From: Malacoraja senta
Lineage: Eukaryota
Length of the DNA: 64,000 bases
Reading direction: 5' to 3'
Assembly (NCBI GenBank): GCA_038087875.1
Contig: CM075990.1
Coordinates: 14,200,001 to 14,264,000, forward strand
How positions within the stretch are numbered: the first letter of the stretch is position 1; each line of letters opens with the position of its first letter. The notes under the pieces are model-generated. The model had not been told where the DNA came from, did no database searches, and saw only the letters and a program-made list of their open reading frames with translations. A program made the position numbers and the translations under genes. Shown here piece by piece: positions 1-10,606 of this stretch.

Positions 1-47
1 TTATCTTTCGATAAACACTACATCAGTAACACAGAACGACTGCCTAA

Positions 48-254
48 AGGGCCTGTCCCACTTGGGCGTCATTTGCGCGACATCATTTATGCATCGTGAC
101 GCCCACATGATGCGTGCATGGCGTGCATTACGCGCGCATGGTGACGTAGGCAGTGATGCGCAGTCGCGCGCGGCGCCCCAGGATTTTGGGATTCACAAAA
201 TATTTGCGCGCCACCTGCGTGACGCGCAAATGACGCCCAAGTGGGACAGGCCCT
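48..254. mobile_element. PIF/Harbinger-type MITE
   Basis: TIR AGGGCCTGTCCCACTTGGGCGTCATTTGCGCG at both ends; TAA TSD (45-47, 255-257). Confidence 0.9.
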
Positions 255-1075
255 TAAGGTTCAATGTTACCACCGACAGACTTAAAGACCATTAGTCTAT
301 AATGAACTGTCAGCTGTGACTCAGTGGGTAATGGATGCAAGTCCCACCCCAGGCACTTGAGCCCAAGATTCGCACTGACACACCAATGCAACACTGAGAG
401 ATGATGTACTGCTGGAGTACTTCAGATGGACGTAAAACTAGGATCAACTGCTCTCTCTAAAATGATCAGAAACTTCTCTCTCATGTCCCAGTTAATTTTT
501 ACTGCCCACTTAAAATAGTCATCATCTGCTATTTCTGGGAGCTTGCTAAGATAACCAGTTGCCACGTTCTTACATTGCAACGGTGACTACTCCTCAAAAG
601 TATTCAGCAGCTCTAATGCTGGTTGGGAAGTCCTAAGTTCACAGAAGTGGCTGTAAAATATGAGCTTTTTTCTGCTCTATTTGAAAGCACTGCAGATGCT
701 GGAAATCAGAAGCACTCAGCTAGTCAGGCAGCATCTGTAGAAAGAGAAACTTAATGAATGTTTCAGGCTAGAGATCTTTCAGGTCACCAACTGGAAATGT
801 TTCTTTATCTATTTAAAGCTGGTTTATTCTAGCCTGTGTCCATGCTGTATAGTGTGTGTCCATGCTGTATAGTTTTCTGATGGTTTCCATTAGTCTGAAG
901 CATTGTCCATCCAGATCTGAAGCATTGTCTATCCATTCTCCACATAGATGCTGTCACAACAAAATCCCGAGAATTATTGGCCAAAAAGTTGAAAGCTGAT
1001 AAGGTGCTAATGTGAAGTAAGGGCATGGGTTTATGAAAGTGTTATGCTGATGATTGTTCAGCATTAAATCCATTA

Positions 1076-1268
1076 CGGGCCTGTCCCACTTAGGCGACTG
1101 CCACAAATTTTCCAACATGTTGAACATTTTTCGCCAACAGTGGCGACAATTTTTGCTGTCGTACGTTGTCGTAGGTTGTTGTAGGTTGTCGCCAGGTGTC
1201 GTAGGTGAATTTCATTAAAACTAGTCCCTGGCAGTTGCCTAAAGAGTTGCCTAAGTGGGACAGGCCCT
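1076..1268. mobile_element. PIF/Harbinger-type MITE
   Basis: TIR GGGCCTGTCCCACTTAGGC; TTA TSD (1073-1075, 1269-1271). Confidence 0.88.
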
Positions 1269-2763
1269 TTAGGAATTTTTGTGAATAAAGTATATTCTGA
1301 AATAATCAAAGCCATTTTATGATGGAATTTCATTGATTGTCTGGTATGGCCGTCACCAAAATTCCAGTTGCAAATGGAGGCTAATCATGGAATTGAAATA
1401 AGTATGGGCTGTAGCTCCAAACCTTTCCAAAGTTGTGGTCGTAGATGGAGAACATGACAGAGACACAAAAACTACAAAATCTGGAATCTCGAGCAACATA
1501 CAAGGTGTTAGAGACACTTGGCAGGTCAGGCAGCATCTGTGGAGGGAATATACAGGCAACATATCAGGTCAGGACCCTCTCTCAGATGAACGGGAACCAT
1601 ACGAGAATCATACGTCATGGAAACAGAACCTTCAGCACACGGTGTCCCACCATAGTGGCCAACTAACCAATCAATCTGCACATTTTTGGGGGTACGTGGG
1701 AGGAAATAGGAGCCTCCAGGGTAAATCCACCCGATCACAAGAGGAACATGCAAATGCCACACAGACAGACACCATAGGTCAGATGCAGACCAAGGTCTCT
1801 AAAACCCTAACCACTATGCCAACCCTAAGATGAGATCAGGTGAAAACTTGATGGGAATTGCCCTGCCTGCCCCCTTACTTCCACAGCAGGGGCATTGAGT
1901 TGGTGTTGCCATTATGTGGTGCATTGAACCTGATCTAGAACAATGCTGGAGCAGAGCATTAATAACAGCAGATGCCAGATTGGTCAAAGAGCCTTGTTTC
2001 AGTTTGCACACACATCTGGAGTGGAAATGGCAATTATACATCCTAGAACCCTGCACTGATATGTACAACAAAGAAAAAAAGTGTTATTCTAAATAGGCTA
2101 AATGCTACTTATTCATATTCCAGGATGTGGACATGGCTGGAATTTTTTGCTCATCCCTAATTGCCCTTGAATTGGCTTGTTAGGTCACTTCAAGGACCAT
2201 TTCAGTGTAAACCCCAATGTTGGGGCCCAGAGTCAGACAGAGCCCAGACCAGGTATGTATTGCAAATGTTCACCCTGTGGGTCACCAATTTATGAAATTA
2301 TTTATTTTATACAACAGCCCCATACCTTTGTGACCAACATAACCACCAAGCAAGTTTTGCTTTGAGTTCCGGGTTATTAGCTACAAGTAAGTTTCCTGTC
2401 TGCCGCGGTGGGTCTTGAACTCATGTCTGGTCACAGCTCTGACGAAGGGTCGTTGACAAAAATTAAGAGTTACAGGATACAGCCTGACCTGCTGAGTGGT
2501 CCTGCTTTTAACCTGTGTACTGCTAGTTTGAAACTTCACTGTGGCACCACAGAGGAAGCACTGGGTTCATTCCCCTCTGGTCAACAGCAAACAAGAATTA
2601 GGTTGCCATAGGACACAAATAGCAGGATTAACTCGGCAGGTCAGGCAGCATCTGTGGAGAACACGGATAGGTGATGTTTCAGGTCAATACAATACCCTTC
2701 TTGATTCAGAATTATGCGGCATCTACACATTGCCTGCATCTTCTCAGAACCATCTCAAGCCAT

Positions 2764-3088
2764 TTGTTTAGTTTAATTTGGAGATAAAGCAGGAACACAG
2801 GCCCTTCAACCCATCAGGTCCACATCAACCATCGATCATTAGCTCACACTAGTTCTATGTGATCCCACTTTCTCATCCACTCGCTACACACTAGAGGCAA
2901 TTTACAGAAGTCAATTAACTCATAAACCCGCACGTCTTTGTGATTTGGTAGAAAACCAGAGCACCTGGAGGAAACCCATCCAGTCACAGGGAGACCATGC
3001 AAACTCCACGCAGACAGCACCCGAGATCGGATTTGAACCCCCAGGTTTCTGGCGCTGTGAGGCAGCTGCTCCACCTGCTGCGCCACCC
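2764..3088 (-). mobile_element. V-SINE
   Basis: Reverse complement of the tRNA head, V-domain and tail. Confidence 0.78.
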
Positions 3089-3372
3089 AGTGTTGGCAGT
3101 GAATTTCTCTGAGAAATGCTCCTGGGTTTACAGGCCAGTGGTACTGAAACATGTATGCACGGCAGGACCCTACAAAAAAAGGCGGAATGGCATGTTGATC
3201 CTAGTACTGAGTGAGACAGGAGTCCTGGGATACTCTCCACCTACCTTGCAGGTTGGTCTCAGGGTGGGGGGGGGGGGGGTCTCAGGATTGAATCCCCACA
3301 CTCCTACCCTCCACCCCCACACTCCTGCAGGACCACCAGCCACGGGGCAGCTTGACTGGAAGCCCCAAAGAG

Positions 3373-4124
3373 AGTCATAGAGTGATACAGTGTGGAAATA
3401 CCCCATTTGGCCCAACTTGCCCACGCCAGCCAACATGTACCAGCTACACTACTCCCACTGGTCTGGGCCCATATCCCTCTAAACCTGACATACCTGTCTA
3501 AATGTTTCTAAAACATTGCAATAGGACCTGCCTCAACTACCTTCCCTGGCAGCTCGTTCCATACACCTACCAACCTATGTGTGGAAAAAGGTACCCCTCA
3601 GATTCCTATGAAATCTTAACCCCCCTCATCTAAAACCTATGCCCTCCAGTTCTCAATTCCCTCACTCTGGGCAAGAGGCTCGATCGATGCGTTTAAACAA
3701 TCTATTTCTCTCATGGTTTTATACACCTATATAAGATCAACCCTCATCCTCCTGCGCTCCTAGGAATAGACTCCCAGCCTATTCTGCCTCTCCCTGTAGC
3801 TCGGGCCCTCGAGTCCTGGCAACATCCTCGTAAATCTTCTCTGTGCCTCGACCCCAAACGTCACTCATTCCTTCTCTCCAGAGATGCTGCCTGTCCTGCT
3901 GAGTTACTCCAGTTTTTTGTGTGTCTATTCTCTGTACCCTTCCCAGCTTGCGAGGCCTGCAGGAGAACGTTCCCCGCCAGGTGTTTAAGTTCATAAGTGA
4001 TAGGAGCAGGAATTAGGCCATTCGGCCCATCAAGTCTACTCCACCATTCAATCGTGGCCGATCTATCACACCCTCCTAACCCCATTCTCCTGCCTTCTCC
4101 CCATAACCCCTGACACCCGTACTG
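3373..4124 (-). mobile_element. CR1-type 3' fragments with a nested pLTR (3848-3927)
   Basis: CR1-like 3' UTR/ORF2 end. The nested pLTR is flanked by a TTCTCTGT(G/A)CC duplication. Confidence 0.7.
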
Positions 4125-4466
4125 ATGAAGAATAAGGGCATAAGTACGTTTATTGGCCAAGTATTCACATACAAGGAATTTGCCTTGGTGCTCAGCCCAC
4201 AAGTAACAACACGACCGACAGTGACAGTGACGAATGACTCAGAAAACACTAAACATTAATAATAATCAAACATTAATGATAAAACACCATTGATCAAGCT
4301 TGTGAACCAACAAAATACCAGATCAGATAGAATCTATCTATCTATGCTTTAATAATATCCTTCATAAAAGAAGGGCAGTTGTGCAAGGGTGGGAGACGGA
4401 AGGGGTTAACAAGGTAAGAAGGGGAGGGGATGGGGAGGGGGATGGATATAGAAGTCTGATACTCAC

Positions 4467-4537
4467 AGCTCGCCAGTGACAAGGACGGGCCCCGACCGCT
4501 GCCAACAGCACAGGGTTCCCACAGTAGCTTCACCCAT
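4467..4537 (-). CDS. PSD: Candidate coding part of an alternative first exon of PSD (MGEATVGTLCCWQRSGPVLVTGE-L)
   Basis: Strong Kozak GCGATGG at 4537; 71 nt to a GTGAGT donor at 4466-4461; ends in phase 2, the same phase as the intron opened at 16837; lies in CpG-rich unique sequence. Confidence 0.6.
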
Positions 4538-4964
4538 CGCAGCAGCCGCTCAGTCAGCGCTTATGCCTGGAGAAGGGGTGGGGTGGGATGTTGTCTGAGG
4601 TGACCCCCGCTCTGACCCAAGCCCCCACCCCCGTCCCTCCGGCAGCCATGGGCAGCTGGGCAGCTCGACCGGCCTGGCTCAGCGTCTCCCGCAGTCGGTC
4701 TGTCTCTCTGTCTCTCTGTCTGTGTCTCACTCTCAGCTGCGGCTGGATCGGAGCGCTAGAGGCAGAGGGAGAGGGAGAGGCAGAGGCAGAGGCATTCTCC
4801 GCACACACTCTCTCTCATGCCCTGCTCAACACCCTGGCCTTGACCGACCAATGCAAACCAGCTACTCCTCGCTCACACCGTCCCTCGGAGTTTGCAGAGA
4901 GGACAGACGCACCGAGACTCCTTCAGCCCCATCCGTCCCTGCACTCGTGTCTGGTCTGGTCTGG

Positions 4965-5078
4965 TCTCTCTCTCTCTCTCTCTCTCTTCCCCTCTCCTTC
5001 CTTCTCTCTCTCTCTCTTCCCCTCCTCTCTCTCTCTCTCTTCCCCTCTCCTTCCTTCTCTCTCTCTCTCTCTCTTCCC

Positions 5079-5118
<40 letters not shown>

Positions 5119-5161
5119 CCTCTCCTTCCTTCTCTCTCTCTCTCTCTCTTCCCCTCTCCTT

Positions 5162-5202
<41 letters not shown>

Positions 5203-5253
5203 CCTCTCCTTCCTTCCTTCCCTCTCTCTCTCTCTCTCTCTCTCTTCCCCTCT

Positions 5254-5294
<41 letters not shown>

Positions 5295-5299
5295 CCTCT

Positions 5300-5339
<40 letters not shown>

Positions 5340-5373
5340 CCTCTCCCCTCTCTCTCTCTCTCTCTCTCTCTCT
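4965..5373. repeat. Compound (TC)n / TTCCCCTCTCCTTCC polypyrimidine tract
   Basis: About 410 bp of pure pyrimidine on the plus strand. Confidence 0.97.
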
Positions 5374-5868
5374 CACGCCAGCCTCTTTTTCACGCTGTTC
5401 CCGTTCCAGCTGCCTCACCCAATCTCCCGTCAGGGTCACTTGCAAACCGTGCAAACCTCTGCACTTCGCTGGAGATTGATGCTGCCTGACCCCCTCGCCC
5501 CCACCCACCACACCTCCCTCCCTTCACTCTTCACCAGGCCTCCCTCCGGCTGCTGCACTTCATACTTCTATTGTCTGCTCTACACAACTGTGTGTGTGTC
5601 AGGTCAGGTCAACCCCTCCTTCCAAACTTTCCTCGGAGGTGGAGTTAGGTAAGGAGGTGGGTGCAAGAGAGACTGGTCTCCATATCTGTCCACTTGTAAA
5701 CTAATCACGACAAGCCTCATTCCTGTCAATGATTTCGTTTCAGTTGCTGGTTCCCTGTCCTGCGACTCTCACCTTCAGATCCTCTCTCTCCATTCCCGTC
5801 TTCATCTCTCTCTCCCCTTTCCTCACACTCTTTCTACATCTCTCTCTTCACACTCCCTCCCTCTCTCA

Positions 5869-6151
5869 GGGGCCACAGTTGAAGATTAAGGAGTAAGCCA
5901 TTTAGAGAGGAGACAAGGAAACACTTTATCTCACAGAGAGTGGTGAGTCTGTGGAATTCTCTGCCTCAGAGGGCGGTGGAGGCAGGTTCTCTGGATACTT
6001 TCAAGAGAGAGCTAGATAGGGCTCTTAAAGATAGCGGAGTCAGGAGATATGGGGAGAAGGCAGGAACGGGGTACTGATTGGGGATGATCAGCCATGATCA
6101 CATTGAATGGCTCAAAGGGCCGAATGGCCTACTCCTGCACCTATTGTCTAT
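5869..6151 (+). mobile_element. CR1 3' end
   Basis: GAGAGTGGTGAGTCTGTGGAATTCTCTGCC...GGCCGAATGGCCTACTCCTGCACCTATTGTCTA. Confidence 0.88.
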
Positions 6152-6233
6152 TCTCCCTCCCTCCCTCTTCCTTCCCTTCCCTCTGACTCACTTTCCCCTC
6201 TCTTTTCTCTTCAATTCTCTCTTCCTCTCATGG

Positions 6234-7160
6234 AAACATAGAAAATAGGTGCAGGAGTAGGTCATTCTGCCCTTTGAGCCCTTCAATGTGATCATGGCTG
6301 ATCATCCAAAATCAGTACCCCGTTCCTGCTTTTTCCCCATATCCCTTGATCCCTTTAGCTCTAAGAGCTAAATCTGAAGGCTCTGTCTCACGGGTTTGCG
6401 GTCATTGGCGGTGAGGCGCGGCGTCACCGGAAGAGGGGACCGCACGGCAACCGCGAGAGCGCCGCGCCTATGCCACGGGAGCGCCACACGGATGCTGCGC
6501 GGGGGCCGAGTGATCTCCGTACGGCCGGATCCACGAGCTTGAGGCGTCGGGTGATGACGACATCGCGCAACGCGACGCGCTACACGATGACGTCATTTCG
6601 GTTCGCGGGGCTGTGGCGGTGCTGGTGGAGATCGCAGCGCTGTGTCGGCGGCTGTGGCGGTGAAAATTGGACTCACGGCGCTCGTGCCGCACTGGCGGCG
6701 GCTGTGGCGGTACGAAAGTTTTTTTCGACATTGTCGGTTTTTTGGGACCTACACCGCACGGCGCCGGCAGTGTGCATTGGACCGACCCCGCGGTCTCTGG
6801 CAGTCCACGAGCAGTAGAAACTTCCAGTTTCACCGCCAATGACCGCAAACCCGTGAGACAGGCCTTTAACTTTTAAAAACTTCCAGTGAATTGGCCTCCA
6901 CTGCCTTCTGTGGCAGAGAATTCCACAGATTCACAACTCTCTGGGTGAAAAAGTGTTTCCTCATCTCAGTCCTAAATGGCCTACCCCTTATTCTTAAACT
7001 GTGAGCCCTGGTTCTGGACTTCCCCAACATCTTTGGGAACATTTTTCCTGCATCTAGCCTGTCCAATCCCTTAAGATTTTTATCTATTTCTCTACGATCC
7101 CCTCTCATCCTTCTAAACTCCAGTGAATACAAGCCTAGTCGACCCATTCTTTCATCATTT
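6234..7160 (-). mobile_element. CR1 3' part split by the MITE at 6378-6866
   Basis: [15 protein letters not shown]...FFTQRVVNLWNSLP, plus CR1 tail at 6234-6375. Confidence 0.88.
6378..6866. mobile_element. CpG-rich Harbinger-type MITE nested in a CR1 3' end
   Basis: Long TIR (CTGTCTCACGGGTTTGCGGTCATTGGCGGTGA); TGA/TAA flanks; CR1 sequence resumes on both sides. Confidence 0.85.
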
Positions 7161-7619
7161 GTCTAGCTTTTTCCCTCCTTCCCTTTTGCTCACTCTTGCT
7201 CTTTCCCCTTTTCTTTTGTACTTTTCTTCACTCTCCCTCTTTCCTCTCTCTTCCATCCCTTCTTTCTCCTCTCCTTCCCCTCTCCCTCTCTAAATGGTCT
7301 TCTCCCAACAAGAATGCCCCCCCCCATGCAACCCCTTGGTTGGAATGCACAGATTGCTCACGGTGTTCGAGTCACTCCGAGGGATTTGGAATCCACGATG
7401 CGGTGTGCACATGTCAAAGCCATTCTGGAGGAAAGATGGCGCACTCTTCAAGTTGTGAGACTAACAGCAAGACCCTGAGTCATTGATCCATTACCACAAA
7501 CATTAGTTATGTCAAGAAAAGGTTATAGACAATAGGTGCAGGAGTAGGCCATTCGGCCCTTCGAGCCAGCACCGCCATTCACTGTGATCATGGCTGATCA
7601 TCCACAGGATGATCACTAG

Positions 7620-7903
7620 GAGGACAGGGAAGATTCGAGGTTGTCCTCAAAGCGTCCTTGAAGAAATGCAACCTCTCTGACCCATGGCTGGTCAAAATGG
7701 AGAAAGAACATTTGGGATGTTATTGCGAACCTGGAGTCCATACACCAGGAGCATACAGAGACCGTGCGTAAATGTCAGAAATAGTGCACCACCTCAAAAA
7801 TTACTAGCCCATCTGCTGAAAGTCTATAGCCCTATCTTTCTCCTCAGAACCAGAGTGGAAGCAAGTCAACCTCGATGCGGGTGGACTGACCAAAAAGAAG
7901 AAT
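7620..7903 (+). mobile_element. Degenerate RTE-like LINE 3' end
   Basis: VLKASLKKCN-like coding remnant and GAAGAA-type end. Confidence 0.5.
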
Positions 7904-8355
7904 GGGGCTAGTACAAGAGTAGGCCATTAACACCAAAGGAATTGCAGAAGTAGGCCATTCAGCCCCTTGAGCCCATTCTGACATCAACAAGATCAACTTC
8001 ACACCATTTCCCTGCCCTATCCATATTTCCCTTGGTTCCGCGAATATCCAGAAATCTGTCAATCTCTGTTCTAAAAGCAGTCAGCAACACAGATCTCCAG
8101 GGTAGGGAATTCCACAGACTGACTGCCCATTCAGTGAAGGCATTTCTCCACTCCATCCGAGTCCTCAATAGCCTACTCCTTATTTTGAGCCTGACCCTCA
8201 ACCAGAGAAAACATTCTCCCTGCATCAACAGTGCCAAACCATCTGGGAACTTTGAACGATTCACGTCTCATTCTTTCCAACTCCAGAGGACTAGCCGATA
8301 CATGTTCTCCCCTCGAGATAGACCTGCCATCCCAAGAACCAGTCTGGGCCTGTAA

Positions 8356-8820
8356 AGGGCCTGTCCTACTTTCACAATTACACAATCTATGTATTGTCAT
8401 TTGAACCTCAAGTATGAAGTTCAAACGAAATTTGGTTTCTGCAGTCATACAACAAGAAAAGAACCAAGACACGCAACCAACACATTTTACACAAACATCC
8501 ATCACAGTGAATCTCCTCCTCACTGTGATGGAAGGCAAAGTCTTGTCTCTCCCCTGTGTTCCATTCTTCTCCCAATGTCAAAGCCCCCAGCGGGCGATGG
8601 GAAGTCCTAATTCACGACCTCTGCCAAATTTGCCCTTGACTCATACTCGCAGCATGGTCGTCACAAGGTCGTAGGAGGTCGTAGGTAGGTCGTAGCAGGT
8701 CGTGATGCTAGTCGTAGGTACTCGTGGCATCAAGTAGGTCGGGGCGTCTTTTCAACATGATGAAAAATGTCCACGAGTAAAAAAGGTCGTGAATTGGGTC
8801 GTGAAAGTGGGACAGGTCCT
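8356..8820. mobile_element. Harbinger-type MITE interrupted by a LINE 3' tail (about 8387-8608)
   Basis: AGGGCCTGTCCTACTTTCAC ... GTGAAAGTGGGACAGGTCCT; TAA TSD; internal GTCGTAG repeats. Confidence 0.82.
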
Positions 8821-10250
8821 TAAATCTTTGCTGCTTGCTGCACAAGGAAACACAATCTACATTCAATGTACTGGATGTGGTCAGACCAATGTATTCTTCC
8901 CTTTGTGCCCATATAGGGTTTTTGAAAGGTCATCCAAGAAGGCATCCTTCCCTGCTCATACCTCTTTAAGCATTTATTCCAAATTCCTTTTAACATTTAG
9001 TATTGCATTTATTTCCTCTGTTCCTCACAAGTTTGAGATCACAACATCTCACGTGGTTTTTGGTACAGCACATTGCACTTGGAAAATAACCAGTTTATTT
9101 CAGTGCTGAGAATTATAAATGACCTTTTCTAAATGTCCAGAGATTCACTAAAAGTTTGTTGTGGCCAGTTTTACTTAATTTACCAGTACTTCATTTATGT
9201 GCTTTCTTACAAGAGATAAAATTAGAGTTTTAGAAAGAGCAGTAATATCTAATTGAGCATCTGGTACTTTGATGGGCGGGCGTGAAAAGCGATAATGGTC
9301 AGTGTGATTCAGCTTCTCCCTGCAGTTGACATCAGCCCTTTCATCTTCCACCCCTGTCTTGTTGCTGTTCATCCTATCATTGTACAATCTAGTTACTACC
9401 CACCCCCCCCCTCTCATTTACCATTCATGATTGCCTGCAAGACTGCTTGACTCATACGATCTCAGACAAATGATAGCATTGAAGGAAGCCATTTGCACAT
9501 GGTTGAAAAGTTGTGCACCTATTGTACCTTTCAGGCCTGGCCGGTCACTGCTCTTCAAGTGATCATCCAAGGACCATTTAGACGGGATGATGTTCGCTGC
9601 TCCTACCTCACTTTCAGGCGGTGAATCCCAGTAAACTTCCCGGCCTGGGTGAAAAACCTTTTCCACATCACCCCTCTGATCCTTCTGCCAATTGCATTAA
9701 AAGTCACCTCCTGGCGTAAGTCTCCTCTCGGTTCCAATGAAACCAACATCAGATCCTGAACTCGGATGCTGTCTGAGTGGAGTTTGCATGTTCTTCCTAT
9801 GACTGTGCGGGTTTCTGGTGCTCTGGTTTCCTCCAATATCCCAAAGACGTGCGGGTTTGTACGTTAATTGGTCTCTCGTTAAATTTTCCAGAGTGCACAG
9901 GGAATGGATGAGAAAGCGGGATATCATAGAACTGGTGTGACTGGGATGATCACTGGTCAGCATGGACGCGATGGGCCGAAGGGTCAGCTTCCATGCTATA
10001 TATTTCAATCGATAAAAACACCAGCTTATCCAATCTTTCCTTTTGACCGAGGTCTTCCAGTCCTGGTGAATCTCTGCAAACCTTCCAATGGTACAACATG
10101 TCTTAATTCTCTCAGTTATTGTGTCTTCCTTTCCCCTCATGCTAGAGTTTCTCCTTCGCACCCAGTGATGTAGATACGTGACCTACCAGCTTTACACTGT
10201 ACATTCTGAAGTGGTGGATGGCGTCATGGAAAGCCATAAGATATAGGGAC

Positions 10251-10606
10251 GACAGATGGCGCAATGGGCTAAGTGTTCGGCTGGCAACCGGAAGGTAGCC
10301 GGTTCGAATCCCGCTTGGAGTGCATACTGTCGTTGTGTCCTTGGGCAAGACACTTCACCCACCTTTGCCTGCGTGTGAATGTGTGTGAATGTGTGTGAAT
10401 GTGTGTGAGTGATTGGTGGTGGTCGGAGGGGCCGTAGGTGCAGATTAGCAGCCACGCTTCCGTCAGTCTGCCCCAGGGCAGCTGTGGCTACAGAAGTAGC
10501 TCACCACCACCGAGTGTGACTGAGGAGTGAATGAATAATGCGATGTAAAGCGCCTTGAGTATTAGAAAGGCGCTATATAAATCCCATCCATTATTATTAT
10601 TATTAT
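10251..10606 (+). mobile_element. tRNA-derived CORE-type SINE with L2-like tail
   Basis: A box TGGCGCAATGG, B box GGTTCGAATCC, CORE-like GTGTCCTTGGGCAAGACACTT, tail TGTAAAGCGCCTTGAG...GCGCTATATAAAT(ATT)n. Confidence 0.88.

Larger units (their letters stand above)
4440..5640 (-). promoter_or_regulatory. CpG-enriched candidate internal promoter/5' UTR with a long GA tract
   Basis: GC/CpG-rich non-TE sequence flanking the (TC)n tract, directly upstream of the candidate alternative first exon. Confidence 0.5.

Noticed and set aside
4588..5652. Long ORFs (195-354 aa) on both strands
   Set aside because: Products of the stop-free (TC)n tract; poly-SL/RE low complexity.
9175..9500. Minus-strand ORFs with donor-like sites at about 9210 and 9421
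   Set aside because: No good acceptor, wrong phase for the first site, no similarity to PSD.
10251..10320. tRNA-like A/B boxes here and in V-SINE heads
   Set aside because: SINE heads without a complete cloverleaf; not tRNA genes.
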